NCBI GenBank assembly: GCA_965238075.1 | Contig: OZ250173.1 | Location: 2,816,001-2,880,000, forward strand | Direction of reading: 5' to 3' | Origin: Candidatus Entotheonellaceae bacterium | Lineage (GTDB): Bacteria; Tectomicrobia; Entotheonellia; Entotheonellales; Entotheonellaceae | DNA length: 64,000 nucleotides | Part shown: one piece after another, positions 40,352 to 52,500 of the stretch | Numbering within the stretch: the first letter of the stretch is position 1 | How the letters are laid out: each line of letters starts with the position of its first letter | The notes under the pieces: generated by a model | The model's input: only the letters and a program-made list of their open reading frames with translations | Databases searched by the model: none | Told to the model about the DNA's origin: nothing | Made by a program: the position numbers and the translations under genes

Positions 40352-41527
40352 TCAGGTCAGTAGGTTCAGCGCTGCCAGCGTGTAGATGCGGGCGGATTCG
40401 ACCAGCCGGGAAATCTCGACGTACTCGTTTGGCTGATGCGCCTTCTCCGGCAGGCCGGGACCGCAGATGACCATGGGCGCGTCGTACGCTGGCACGAATA
40501 CCGAGCCGTCAGTGGCGAATGTGGCAGCCGTCGGCACCGACGCGCCGCCGGTCACGAGGTCGCGCTGCCGCACAAAGCTCTGCACATATGGGTCGTCGAA
40601 GGGGATGTCCAGCGGAATGCGCTCGTTGATGGAGCGAACCTCAACATGCAGCGTGGGGTCTTCGGCGCACAGGCGGTCGATCAGTTGGCGAACCGTATCC
40701 AGGATTTGCTGATGGTCCTGGCCGATGACCGTGCGGGTGTCGATGGTGACGCGGCAGGCGTCGGGCACGACGTTGGTCTTCACACCGCCCTCGATGGTGG
40801 CGATGTTCATCGTGAAGTCGCCCAGCAGCGGATGCGCCTCGTACGGGATTTCTTCGGCCTGCAGCGCCTCCAACAGCCGGCTCATGTGAGCGATGGCGTT
40901 GACGCCGAGATGTGGCATGGAGCCGTGCGCCGTCTGCCCCTTGGCCTGCAGCTCAAGCCATAGCACGCCTTTCTCGGCGGTGATGACGCGGTTGGCGGTC
41001 GGCTCGCCGATAACCATGAAGCCGACGTCGTCCAGTTTCTGCTCCCGCACCAGCTCCCGAGCTCCCATGGACTCGATTTCCTCGCCTGCCGTGCCGGCAA
41101 AGAGCAGGTTGCCTTTGAGGACCGCGCCGCTCTGTTTCACGGCCCGCATGGCCATGAGCATGGCGGCGACGCCTGCCTTCATATCGGTGGTGCCCAGACC
41201 CCAGATCTTGCCGTCGTCGATGTCGGCCGCCAGCACCTCGTGCACCCAGTTGTCGCCCGCCGGCACCGTATCCAGATGGCCGCTGAACAGCACGGCCCGC
41301 CGCTCGTCCTGGCCGTCCAGGCCACCGACCACGCTGGCCCTGCCGTTTTCCGCGTGCGCCACCAGCTCGGCAGGCATGTCGTTCTGCTTCAGCCAGTCGG
41401 TCACAAACGTCGCGGCCTTGGCTTCATCGCCCGGCGGATTGATCGTTCGGATACGCACCAGGTCCTGGGTCAGTTGCACCAGCATGGCCTCGTCCAAGGC
41501 TGCCAGCGCGCGTTCTTGCGTGTCCAT
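40352..41527 (-). CDS. M20 family metallopeptidase (ArgE/DapE-like)
   Basis: GHLDTVP, DMKAG, GEE, GEPT, AHGSMP, GGVKTNVVPD, AHQPNEY. Confidence 0.9.
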   Translation of the reverse strand: MDTQERALAALDEAMLVQLTQDLVRIRTINPPGDEAKAATFVTDWLKQNDMPAELVAHAENGRASVVGGLDGQDERRAVLFSGHLDTVPAGDNWVHEVLAADIDDGKIWGLGTTDMKAGVAAMLMAMRAVKQSGAVLKGNLLFAGTAGEEIESMGARELVREQKLDDVGFMVIGEPTANRVITAEKGVLWLELQAKGQTAHGSMPHLGVNAIAHMSRLLEALQAEEIPYEAHPLLGDFTMNIATIEGGVKTNVVPDACRVTIDTRTVIGQDHQQILDTVRQLIDRLCAEDPTLHVEVRSINERIPLDIPFDDPYVQSFVRQRDLVTGGASVPTAATFATDGSVFVPAYDAPMVICGPGLPEKAHQPNEYVEISRLVESARIYTLAALNLLT

Positions 41528-41581
41528 AGACGCTCCCTTTTGATGAAATCGTGGTTTTTGTGCGTCGCTCTTCAGTTGCCG

Positions 41582-41611
41582 ATTATCAAAGGGTGGAAAT
41601 TAAAATGTCAA
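41582..41611 (-). promoter_or_regulatory. Putative sigma70 promoter for the M20 gene
   Basis: TTGACA-N18-GATAAT in an AT-rich gap. Confidence 0.5.
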
Positions 41612-41708
41612 GGCAATGCGAAGGGTCAGGCATGGTTCTCAATTACCCCGCCTCGCCCAGGCGGCTGCGGAACGCTTGCCATGGAACGAGTGCATTGATC
41701 TTGACCAG

Positions 41709-42932
41709 CTACCCCTGCAAGAGCCGATTCGCCGCCTGCTCCAGGTGTTCCAGCGTCCAGCACTCCAACACCTCGTCGCAGAACGGCGCATACACCCCGA
41801 TGATCGAATCCCCCGTATCCCACTCGCGGCGCGGCTCCGGATTGAGCCACAAGATCCGGCGGCTGCGCTGGCGAACTTCCTCCAGCGTCCAGAATTGCGC
41901 GTCAAAGGCGTTGTTGCGCGCATCGCCCAGAATGACCACCACCGTCTCGCGCGTCAATTCATCAAAGTAATCGCGGTAGAACTGATAAAAGGCGCGCCCG
42001 AAGTCGCTGAATCCGAAGAGGTTGAGGTGAGGATACTGGCGCAAGGTCTTGAGGTCCTGAGGGAAGCGCATGCGGCGGAACAGGTCAGTCACCTCGACGA
42101 TGCTGTTGACGAACACCAGGCTGCGCACCTGGCTGAACTCGGCCTGCAGGGTGTGCACGAGCTTCAACAGAAACGTGGAAACCTGCCACACTGAGCCGGA
42201 CACGTCGCACAGCACCATGAGCCGCAGCTTGGTTTGCTTGCGGCGCCGGCGAAGCAGGGTGAAGGGAATTTCGGTGCCGTTGCGCAGCCCCCGCAGCACG
42301 GTGCCCCGCAGGTCGACCCGCCCATGGCGGGCGCGGCGGTAACGCAGGGCGCGGCGGGTCAGCAGTTGAACGGCGAGGCGCTCGACTTGGTGATACATGT
42401 CTTCCAGGTGGTCCGGTGGAAACGGGCGATCGATCCGCGTATGGAGCGCCTGCATGCCGGGTTTTTCAGGCTGCATCACCACGGGACCCAAGGGTGCCTT
42501 CAGCTGCTGTTGCCAAGCCCTCTCGAGAGCGTCCAATTTCTCCTGAACCTGCGTCTGGAGGGAATCAGCGGACGGCTGCCCCTTGGGTTGGTGCAGGGCT
42601 CGCAGTAACGGCGGGGAGATCGGCGAACCGCCGTTGTGCCGCGCGTGCGGGGTTGGCCGTTTGCCCGCCTCGTTGCCGCTCTGGTGTTGGTGTTTCGACC
42701 GCCGCCGCTTGCGCCGCCGCGGCACGGTGAAGAATCGCTGGAACAGGGTGTCGAACAGGGCGAAATCGCGCTGCGACTTGATCAGCACCGTACGCAGGCT
42801 GAGACGCAGCAACTCGCGATCGTCCAGTCCGATACTCCCAATGCTTTGCAGGGCTTCGAGGCCCTCGGCTACGGAAACTCGCAGCCCCTGATCGCGCAGC
42901 AGGCGTACGAAGGCGAGAAGGCGAGGCGTCAT
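41709..42932 (-). CDS. VWA domain protein (CoxE-like)
   Basis: MIDAS motif DVSGS; ILGDARNN; WLNPEP...WDTGDS. Confidence 0.9.
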   Translation of the reverse strand: MTPRLLAFVRLLRDQGLRVSVAEGLEALQSIGSIGLDDRELLRLSLRTVLIKSQRDFALFDTLFQRFFTVPRRRKRRRSKHQHQSGNEAGKRPTPHARHNGGSPISPPLLRALHQPKGQPSADSLQTQVQEKLDALERAWQQQLKAPLGPVVMQPEKPGMQALHTRIDRPFPPDHLEDMYHQVERLAVQLLTRRALRYRRARHGRVDLRGTVLRGLRNGTEIPFTLLRRRRKQTKLRLMVLCDVSGSVWQVSTFLLKLVHTLQAEFSQVRSLVFVNSIVEVTDLFRRMRFPQDLKTLRQYPHLNLFGFSDFGRAFYQFYRDYFDELTRETVVVILGDARNNAFDAQFWTLEEVRQRSRRILWLNPEPRREWDTGDSIIGVYAPFCDEVLECWTLEHLEQAANRLLQG

Positions 42933-43894
42933 CGCTTCACGTCTTGCAACACGCGGGCAATGTCGTCTTTGTCTTTCAGCAGGATGTTGAGCGTATCGAC
43001 GATGAGTTGGCGGGACAAAACGTTGGCGCCGAGCACCACGAGGGCCAGGGCCCAATCCAGAGTTTCGCTGATGCTGGGCGTTTTGCGCAGTTGGAGTTTC
43101 CGCACGCGCTGGATGAACTGCACGATGTGCGTGGCCAGATGATGGTCGATGCCGGGCACCTTGCGCTGCACGATCTGCAGTTCGACGTCAAAGGTCGGCT
43201 GGTCGATGTAGAGGTAAAAACAGCGCCGCTTGAGGGCCTCCGAGAGGCTGCGGGTGGCGTTGCTGGTGAGTAGGACGTGCGGTCTCTGAATGGCGCACAG
43301 TGTGCCGATTTCTGGAATGCTGACCTGAAAATCGCTGAGTATCTCCAGCAGAAAGGCCTCGAACTCCTGATCCGCGCGGTCAATCTCGTCGATCAACAGG
43401 ACCGTTGGCCGCGGCGACACGATGGCTTGCAGGAGCGGCCGCGGCAACAGGAAGTGGCGCGAAAAGAAAGCGCTTTCCTGATTCTGCAGGTACGCCATCG
43501 CCTCGTTGAGGGAATTGGCCTTGGCCAGCAGGCTTCCCAGCCGCTCCTTGAGCATCTGCACGTAGAGCAGTTGCTTGCTGTACTCCCACTCGTACAGCGC
43601 CTTCGCCTCATCCAGCCCCTCGTAGCACTGCAGGCGAATGAGCTCGCGCCCGGTGGTATCCGCCAGCACCTTCGCCAGTTCCGTTTTGCCGACCCCGGGC
43701 GGCCCCTCGATGAGCAACGGACGCTGCAATTGCGTCATCAGGTAAACGGCGGTCGCAACGTCCTTGCCGCACACGTAATCGGCGCCGCCGAACAGTTCGA
43801 TAACGCGCTCGACGGAAGCCAGTTTCGGAGCTTCCGAGGGCACGGAAAGGGGAGGTGCAGTAACCAAACCGTTCTCCTGAAAACCTTTAGTCAA
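42929..43894 (-). CDS. MoxR-family AAA+ ATPase (CoxD-like)
   Basis: GPPGVGKT, RLQCYEGLD, LLIDEID, LSEALKRRC; start uncertain. Confidence 0.9.
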   Translation of the reverse strand: MTKGFQENGLVTAPPLSVPSEAPKLASVERVIELFGGADYVCGKDVATAVYLMTQLQRPLLIEGPPGVGKTELAKVLADTTGRELIRLQCYEGLDEAKALYEWEYSKQLLYVQMLKERLGSLLAKANSLNEAMAYLQNQESAFFSRHFLLPRPLLQAIVSPRPTVLLIDEIDRADQEFEAFLLEILSDFQVSIPEIGTLCAIQRPHVLLTSNATRSLSEALKRRCFYLYIDQPTFDVELQIVQRKVPGIDHHLATHIVQFIQRVRKLQLRKTPSISETLDWALALVVLGANVLSRQLIVDTLNILLKDKDDIARVLQDVKR

Positions 43895-45128
43895 AAGCCC
43901 GGAAGACCAGCGAGGCGTTGGTGCCGCCGAAGCCGAAGGCGTTAGACATGGCGACGCGCAGGGCTGCCTGCCGGGCCTCGTTGGGCACGTAGTCCAGATC
44001 GCAGCGCGGGTCCTGGTACTCGTAGTTGATCGTTGGCGGCAGGATGCCCTGACGCAAGGCCAAGATCGTGAAAATCGATTCGATCGCCCCGGCAGCGCCC
44101 AACATGTGGCCAGTCATGGATTTGGTGGCGCTGATCGGCAGCGAATAAGCGCGGTCCTTGAAAACGGACTTGATGGCCATGGTCTCGGAGACGTCGCCGA
44201 CCGGCGTCGAGGTGGCGTGGGCGTTGACGTAATCCACGGCATCGGGCGACAGGCCGGCGTCCTGCAGGGCGGCGGCCATGCAGGACGCGGCACCGGCGCC
44301 GTCCGGCGGCGGCGCCGTGACGTGATGGGCATCGGAGGCGCTGCCGTAGCCGACGAGCTCGGCATGGACCGGGGCGCCGCGCCGCCTGGCGTGCTGCAAT
44401 TCCTCCAAAATCACAACGGCGGCCCCCTCGGACATCACAAAGCCGTCTCGTTCACGATCAAACGGCCGGCTCGCCTTGGCAGGGGCGTCCGCCTGCGGTG
44501 ACAAGGCGCGCATATTGCCAAAGGAGCTGATAGCCAGAGGCGTGATCGTCGCTTCCGCGCCGCCCGCAATCATCACGTCGGCGGCGCCGCGCAGGATGGT
44601 GTGAAACGCCTCGCCGATCGAGTGGGCGCCTGCGGCACACGCCGTCACGCTGCTGTTATTGGGACCGGTGGCCCCGAAGCGCATCGACACGTGACCGGCG
44701 GCAAGGTTGCCCAACAACATGGCGGGGAACAGGGGGGATACCCGTTTCGGCCCCTTTTCCAGCAACACGCCATGCACGGTTTCGAGGGATTCCAGCCCAC
44801 CCATGGCGCTGCCGATGTAGACGCCGGTGCGGTGGCCGGTGCCTTCGTCGATGTCGAGGCCGGCGTCGTTCACCGCTTCCTGGCCGGCTGCGATGGCGAG
44901 TTGGCAAAATCGGTCGGTGCGTCGGATGTCGTGCTTATCCAGGTATTGGGCGGGGTCGAACTCGCGGACTTCTCCGGCGATGTGGGCGGGGTAGGCGGTG
45001 GCGTCGAATCGCGTGATGGGACCGATACCCGACTCGCCGCGGCAAAGCCGCTGCCAGATGGTATCGATCTCAGTCCCCAGAGGTGTCATTGCTCCAAGCC
45101 CTGTGACAACCACGCGCCTGTCCATCAT
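43887..45128 (-). CDS. fabF: Beta-ketoacyl-ACP synthase II
   Basis: RVVVTGLG, TACAAG, NAHATST, KSMTGHMLGAAG, SNAFGFGGTN. Confidence 0.95.
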   Translation of the reverse strand: MMDRRVVVTGLGAMTPLGTEIDTIWQRLCRGESGIGPITRFDATAYPAHIAGEVREFDPAQYLDKHDIRRTDRFCQLAIAAGQEAVNDAGLDIDEGTGHRTGVYIGSAMGGLESLETVHGVLLEKGPKRVSPLFPAMLLGNLAAGHVSMRFGATGPNNSSVTACAAGAHSIGEAFHTILRGAADVMIAGGAEATITPLAISSFGNMRALSPQADAPAKASRPFDRERDGFVMSEGAAVVILEELQHARRRGAPVHAELVGYGSASDAHHVTAPPPDGAGAASCMAAALQDAGLSPDAVDYVNAHATSTPVGDVSETMAIKSVFKDRAYSLPISATKSMTGHMLGAAGAIESIFTILALRQGILPPTINYEYQDPRCDLDYVPNEARQAALRVAMSNAFGFGGTNASLVFRAFD

Positions 45129-45254
45129 ATCTCCCCTTTGTACAACCCGGCCTCCACAGACAAGCCCGGACGGTTAACGTTTCCTGCATCAAAGCCCTGA
45201 CGGCACCCATCATACAGCATGAAGGTTGTTTTTTCTTCCCTCGCGCCGACTGCC

Positions 45255-46049
45255 CTAACGGCCCTGAAACTGCGGTGGACGTTTCTCCAGGAAGGCGCGC
45301 CAGCCCTCCTGAAAATCCTCTGTTTCGTAGGGCGACACCGCCAGGGCTTGATGGGCCGGCGTCAGCGCTTCCAGCGCCGGGTGCTCCAGAACGGTATGCA
45401 GAATTTCTTTGTGCACGCGGTGCACGACCGGCGCCAGGGCCGCGATCTTGTTCGCCATGTCGTAGGTGAACGCCTCGACTTCTTCCGTGGCGACGACGTG
45501 GTTGACAAGGCCGATGGCGTGCGCTTGCGCGGCCGGAATGATGGCGGCGGTGAGCAGCAGTTCCATGGTCTTGGCGTGGCCGATGAGGCGCACCATGCGG
45601 CGCATTTCGCGGTAGGCAATCGGCAACCCGAGCCGCGCTATCGGCACGCCCATGCGGGCGGTGTCCGACGCGATGCGGATGTCGCAGGCGGTGCTGAACT
45701 CGCAACCGCCGCCGACGCAGGCGCCCTCGATCAGGCACAGGGTCGGTTTTCCGACGGCTTCCGCCATGTCCATAGCGGCATCAAAGGCGGCGTTGTACAG
45801 CGTGGCCTTGGCGGCATTGTTGCGGTGCGTGGCGAATTCGCTGATGTCCGCGCCGGCCGAAAACGCCTCACCGCCGGCACCTCGAAAGACGATGGCGCGC
45901 ACCGCCGGGTTCTCTTTCAGATCGACCAGCAGGCGCTGCAAGTGGTTCCACATGGCGAAGGTGATGGCGTTGCGCCGCCCGGGCCGGTTAAAGGTGACGG
46001 TGGCAATCGCCCCGTCGATGGTCAGGAGAATCGGGTCAGTCGTCGACAT
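45255..46049 (-). CDS. Enoyl-CoA hydratase/isomerase family protein
   Basis: FNRPGRRNA, AFSAGADI, GACVGGG, AFLEKRPPQF. Confidence 0.9.
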   Translation of the reverse strand: MSTTDPILLTIDGAIATVTFNRPGRRNAITFAMWNHLQRLLVDLKENPAVRAIVFRGAGGEAFSAGADISEFATHRNNAAKATLYNAAFDAAMDMAEAVGKPTLCLIEGACVGGGCEFSTACDIRIASDTARMGVPIARLGLPIAYREMRRMVRLIGHAKTMELLLTAAIIPAAQAHAIGLVNHVVATEEVEAFTYDMANKIAALAPVVHRVHKEILHTVLEHPALEALTPAHQALAVSPYETEDFQEGWRAFLEKRPPQFQGR

Positions 46050-46082
46050 GAAGGCTCCAACTGTGAGGTGGCGACGTTCGGC

Positions 46083-46730
46083 TTACGACTGCAGACCGGA
46101 ATACGGCTTGCCCCATTCGTCCTCGTAGACGATGTCTTCCAAGGGGCCGCGGCTGACGGGCCCAAAGCGGCCCATGGGGTAGCCGATCGGCAGGATAGCG
46201 TACGAGTGAACCCCGGCAGGTAAACCTAGCGCCGCCTCGGCTTCCTCTTCGTGCAGCAGGTGGCGCGTCGTCAGGGTGGTGCCGAGTCCCAGAGCGCGAG
46301 CGGCAAGCAGCATGTTCTGCACCGCCGGGTAAATGGAGGCGCCGGACATGCGGCTGGGCTGCGCCGTTCCCTCGTCGAGGCAGGCCACGATCCATACCGG
46401 CGCTTCGTGGAAATGGTCCGTCAAATACGCCACCGCGGCGTGCTGGCGCTTGTAGCGTTCGCGCGTCACACCCGGCGGCGGCTCGCTGGCGAAATAGCGC
46501 GGCCCGACCACTTCCTCGAAAGCTCGCTTGTAGAAAATTTGGACCTGTTTCTTGATCTTCTCGTCCTTGATGACCAGGAAACGCCAAGTCTGCCGGTTGC
46601 TACCGTTCGCGGCGGCGATGCCCGCGTCGAGGATGCGGCGGATCAGCGCGTCAGGCACCGGGTCCGGTTTCAGGCGGCGCATGGCGCGGGTGGTATGGAT
46701 GATGTGAAACAGGTCGGTTTCCTCGGGCAT
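46083..46730 (-). CDS. Nitroreductase family protein
   Basis: TTRAMRRLKPDPVP, NRQTWRFLV, SIYPAVQNMLLAARALGLG, PIGYP. Confidence 0.9.
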   Translation of the reverse strand: MPEETDLFHIIHTTRAMRRLKPDPVPDALIRRILDAGIAAANGSNRQTWRFLVIKDEKIKKQVQIFYKRAFEEVVGPRYFASEPPPGVTRERYKRQHAAVAYLTDHFHEAPVWIVACLDEGTAQPSRMSGASIYPAVQNMLLAARALGLGTTLTTRHLLHEEEAEAALGLPAGVHSYAILPIGYPMGRFGPVSRGPLEDIVYEDEWGKPYSGLQS

Positions 46731-47001
46731 GGTCTTTCTCCTCTACTCCCCCAACACTCCTCCTCCTCGCTGGCAGCTTCGGCGCGTCGTTACAGGCTCT
46801 CCGCCGACTGCGCGATAGTAGCATACGGTGCCGGGCAAGGCAGGCGCAAATTGTTGCAGCGTCTCATTTCCGGTATTTCCAGTGGCGGACCTGCTCTGTG
46901 GATGCCCCCAACGCTTTGTGGTATTCTGCCCACCCGCCGGCAGGGTACGGCATTGAACCTGGCGAACCGTATAAAAAAGCTGAAACGGCAACGAGGGACA
47001 G

Positions 47002-47871
47002 GTGACTGGAAGCCGGCGACCGCTGAACAGGGGTGTCGTAGAGCTTAGCCTGCGGCGGGCCGGGACGCGCACCGTGGTACGGGACGCCTACTTCCGAACC
47101 CCGTTACAGATCATGCGGCCCTACTATCTGGACGACAGCGGTACGGCTTACATTTATCTGCTAAGTCCCGGCGGTGGGGTGGTCGGCGGCGACCGTTACA
47201 CGATCACGGTGACGTTGGAAACCGGTGCTCGTGCCTGCATGACCACGGCGTCGGCAACCAAGATATATGCCTCGCCAGACACCATGGCACACCAGCGTTT
47301 CGATATCGTTTTGCAAGCCGGGGCTGCCTTCGAGTACCTGCCGGAGCAGATCATTCCTTTCGCCCGATCCGCGTTTCGCCAAGACATGACGGTGCGTCTC
47401 GGCAGCGGCGCCGTTGCCGTGCTGATGGAGATCGTTGCACCGGGGCGTCTGGCGCGCGGCGAGGCGTTCGCGTATGGCGGCGGCGAGGCGTTCGCGTATC
47501 GCGACTACAGTTCCGGGTTAAGCGTGGCGGACGCGCGCGGCCGGGTGCTGTTGCGCGATCGCACCCGCTTGCAGCCGCGGCACTGGGACGCCGGGAACGG
47601 CTTGGGGCTGCTGGAAGGCTTCAACTACCTGGGTACCCTATACGTATTGAGTGAGTCCTGCGGCGCACCGGGCGAGTTGGCCGACGATCTGCACGGCCTC
47701 GTGGCGAATCGCCGGCGTTGCATCGGGGGCGCCACTGCTCTGGAGTGGGGTGGCGTTGCTGTCCGCCTCTTGGCTGAGGACCATGCCACGGTAAGCCGTA
47801 CCTTGCATGCCGTATGGGATCGGGTACGGCAGTGCCTATTGGGATATCCGGCGGTGAGATGGCGCAAGTAG
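47002..47871 (+). CDS. ureD: Urease accessory protein UreD
   Basis: PGGGVVGGD, TTASATKIY, EYLPEQIIPF, GRLARGEAF. Confidence 0.85.
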   Translation: MTGSRRPLNRGVVELSLRRAGTRTVVRDAYFRTPLQIMRPYYLDDSGTAYIYLLSPGGGVVGGDRYTITVTLETGARACMTTASATKIYASPDTMAHQRFDIVLQAGAAFEYLPEQIIPFARSAFRQDMTVRLGSGAVAVLMEIVAPGRLARGEAFAYGGGEAFAYRDYSSGLSVADARGRVLLRDRTRLQPRHWDAGNGLGLLEGFNYLGTLYVLSESCGAPGELADDLHGLVANRRRCIGGATALEWGGVAVRLLAEDHATVSRTLHAVWDRVRQCLLGYPAVRWRK

Positions 47872-47926
47872 CCGCAGGCGGGAAGAGCGGGAGAGAAGGA
47901 CCGCCGAGGTTGGCGCGTCCGGCAAG

Positions 47927-47943
47927 AAAAAAGGGGGGGGGGG
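47927..47943 (+). repeat. A6-G11 homopolymer tract at the amt ribosome-binding site
   Basis: aaaaaa ggggggggggg acg ATG. Confidence 0.9.
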
Positions 47944-47946
47944 ACG

Positions 47947-49275
47947 ATGTTCGCAGGGCTGATTGACAAGGTGCGGATTCAGGCTTTGACCACGATAGGG
48001 ACGTGTTTTGGCCTGCTGATGTGTCTGACGCCGGGCGTGGTGCAGGCGCAGGAAGAGGCCGCTATCAATGCGGGCGACACCGCCTGGGTGCTGACCTCGT
48101 CAGTACTCGTCTTGATGATGGTGGCGCCGGGCTTGGCGCTGTTCTACGGCGGTCTGGTGCGCCGCAAGAACGTGTTGGCCACCCTGATGCAGAGTTTCAT
48201 TCTGCTGGCCATGATCAGCGTGCAGTGGGTGTTGTGGGGATACAGCCTTGCCTTTGGCCCGGATATTGGCGGCGTGATCGGCAACCTCGATTATCTCGGC
48301 CTGATGGGAGTAGGGGGCGAGCCCGGCCCGTACGCCGACACCATTCCGCACTTGGCGTTCATGGCGTTTCAGGGCATGTTCGCGGCCATTACCCCGGCGC
48401 TCATCACGGGCGCCTTTGCCGAGCGCATGAAGTTTTCCGCCTTCCTCATCTTCGGTCTGCTGTGGAGCACCCTGGTGTACGACCCGCTGGCCCACTGGGT
48501 GTGGGGCGGTGGATGGATCGGTGCCATGGGGGCGCTGGATTTTGCTGGCGGCACCGTGGTGCACATCAATTCCGGTGTCTCCGCGCTGGTATGCGCCATC
48601 GTGCTGGGCAAACGTCGTGGCTTTCCGGGTGAGCACATGCCGCCGCACAACTTGCCGCTCGCCGTTGTTGGCGCGGCCCTGCTTTGGGTCGGGTGGTTCG
48701 GCTTCAACGCCGGTAGCGCTCTGGGAGCCAATGCGACAGCAGCGTTTGCGTTCGTCACCACCAACACGGCGGCGGCGGCGGCGGCGCTGACCTGGATGTT
48801 TGCCGAGTGGCGCTACTCCGGCAGGCCCACCATGCTGGGCGCCGCGACCGGCGCGGTGGCGGGCTTGGTAGCGATTACCCCGGCAGCGGGTTTCGTCGGG
48901 CCGCTTTCGTCGCTCCTCATTGGCATCGTAGCCGGTCTGTTGTGCTTCGCCGCCGTGGTCATGAAGGTCCGCCTGGGGTACGACGACTCTCTGGACGTTG
49001 TCGGCGTGCACGGTGTCGGCGGTGCCTGGGGCGCCCTTGCGACCGGCCTGTTTGCCGCCGCCGCGATCGGCGGCACGAACGGGCTGTTTTTCGGCAACGT
49101 GGCGCAGATGGGGCCGCAGATCGTCAGCGTGGTCGCCACCTGTGTGTACGCCGCGGCGGTGACCTGGATCATCCTCAAGGTCCTGGATATGACGGTCGGC
49201 CTGCGGGTTTCGCAGGAAGACGAGCAAATGGGCCTCGACCTGAGCCAGCACAACGAGGCCGGCTACACGTTATAG
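47947..49275 (+). CDS. amtB: Ammonium transporter (Amt family)
   Basis: [43 protein letters not shown]. Confidence 0.95.
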   Translation: MFAGLIDKVRIQALTTIGTCFGLLMCLTPGVVQAQEEAAINAGDTAWVLTSSVLVLMMVAPGLALFYGGLVRRKNVLATLMQSFILLAMISVQWVLWGYSLAFGPDIGGVIGNLDYLGLMGVGGEPGPYADTIPHLAFMAFQGMFAAITPALITGAFAERMKFSAFLIFGLLWSTLVYDPLAHWVWGGGWIGAMGALDFAGGTVVHINSGVSALVCAIVLGKRRGFPGEHMPPHNLPLAVVGAALLWVGWFGFNAGSALGANATAAFAFVTTNTAAAAAALTWMFAEWRYSGRPTMLGAATGAVAGLVAITPAAGFVGPLSSLLIGIVAGLLCFAAVVMKVRLGYDDSLDVVGVHGVGGAWGALATGLFAAAAIGGTNGLFFGNVAQMGPQIVSVVATCVYAAAVTWIILKVLDMTVGLRVSQEDEQMGLDLSQHNEAGYTL

Positions 49276-49302
49276 GCGTGGGCCGCGGGGAGGATTTGTG
49301 GC

Positions 49303-49620
49303 ATGCATTTGACGCCGCGCGAGGTGGACAAACTGCTGGTGTTCGTGGCTGCGGACGTGGCGCGCCGCCGCCGCGAGCGCGGGCTGAAGCTGAACTACCC
49401 GGAGGCGATGGCCCTGATCACGGCGGAAATCATGGAAGGCGCCCGCGATGGACGCTCGGTGGCGGAGTTGATGCGCTACGGTGGGCAGATTCTGCGCCAC
49501 GACGAGGTCATGGAGGGCGTTCCGGCCATGCTAACCGAAGTGCAGGTGGAGGCGACCTTCCCAGACGGCACCAAGCTGGTGACGGTGCACGATCCACTGC
49601 GGGCAGGGGAGGAACAATGA
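49303..49620 (+). CDS. ureA: Urease gamma subunit
   Basis: [35 protein letters not shown]. Confidence 0.97.
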   Translation: MHLTPREVDKLLVFVAADVARRRRERGLKLNYPEAMALITAEIMEGARDGRSVAELMRYGGQILRHDEVMEGVPAMLTEVQVEATFPDGTKLVTVHDPLRAGEEQ

Positions 49621-50011
49621 CAATGACTCCAGGCGAATACATCCTGCGCGCCGAGCCGGTGCAGGCCAACGTGGATCGCGACACGGTGGATCTGGAAGTC
49701 GCCAATCACGGCGACCGGCCGATTCAGGTGGGCTCGCACGTTCATTTCTTCGAAGTCAACAAGGCGCTGGTCTTTCCCCGCGCCGCCGCCTTCGGCATGC
49801 ATCTCAACATCCCCGCCGGCACCGCGGTGCGTTTCGAGCCGGGCGACCGCAAGCAGGTGACGCTGGTCGCCTTTGCCGGGCGACGCGAGATGTACGGTGT
49901 CAACAATCTATGCGACGGCCCGTTGACCGACGAACGGCGCGCCGAGGCGCTGGCCCGCGCTCTGAGCGCGGGGTTCGGCAACGCCGAGGCGCAGCAGGAA
50001 GGAGGGCAGGG

Positions 50012-50015
<4 letters not shown>
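49617..50015 (+). CDS. ureB: Urease beta subunit
   Basis: [36 protein letters not shown]. Confidence 0.95.
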
Positions 50016-51727
<1,712 letters not shown>

Positions 51728-51736
51728 GAGGCAGCA

Positions 51737-52465
51737 GTGTTCACGGGCGCGCAGCCCCTCCCCAGCGGCCAGGCCCTGTGGCACCTCCTGCAAACAAGCG
51801 ATCAATTCTTTCCCACCGGCGGTTTCGCCTTTTCGCATGCTCTGGAGATGTACGTGGCGGCGGGCTTGGTGTATGACCGCGCCACCTGCCAGCGGCTGTT
51901 CATCGACCTGTTCAACCATGCCATGGGTCCCACCGACTTGGTGTTCTGCGCCCACGCCCATCGTCTTGCCGCCGGGCCCGATGACGCCGACGTCAAGCTG
52001 TCGTCCCTGGTGGACCTCGACTGTCTGCTGGCCGCCACAAAGGTGCCGCGCGAATTGCGCCTCGAGAGCCAGCACATCGGCAGATCGTTCTTGCGCGCCG
52101 CCATGGCGCTGTCGCCGTCGCCCCTGTCGCTGTCGTTCTGGCAGCAGGTGCAGCGGGGTGCGTCGCCGGGCCACCACGCCGCGGCCTTCGGGCTGGTGGC
52201 GCACGAACTCGGATCGCCGGAGACCACTGCCGTGCTGGCGTACCTCTATACGGTGGCCAGCAGTCTGGTCGCAGCCGCCGTTCGACTGGTGCCGCTCGGC
52301 CAATCCGACGGCCAGCGCCTGCTGCACGAGCTGCAGCCGCGTTGTCTGGAACTGGTGCAGCGCTATGCCCACCTCACCCCTGAGGACGCCTGGAACGGCG
52401 CGCCGGGGCTGGATATTCGCAGCATGCAGCACGAGCGGCTGTATTCCCGCCTGTGCCGCTCATGA
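51737..52465 (+). CDS. ureF: Urease accessory protein UreF
   Basis: DQFFPTGGFAFSHALE, AAVRLVPLGQ, HERLYSRLCRS. Confidence 0.92.
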   Translation: MFTGAQPLPSGQALWHLLQTSDQFFPTGGFAFSHALEMYVAAGLVYDRATCQRLFIDLFNHAMGPTDLVFCAHAHRLAAGPDDADVKLSSLVDLDCLLAATKVPRELRLESQHIGRSFLRAAMALSPSPLSLSFWQQVQRGASPGHHAAAFGLVAHELGSPETTAVLAYLYTVASSLVAAAVRLVPLGQSDGQRLLHELQPRCLELVQRYAHLTPEDAWNGAPGLDIRSMQHERLYSRLCRS

Positions 52466-52500
52466 AAGCAGAATTCATTCACGCATGAGGGAGAAACAGG

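Noticed and set aside
46945-46970. Possible sigma54 promoter before ureD (cggcattgaacctggc)
   Set aside because: GG-to-GC spacing is 11 rather than the required 10.
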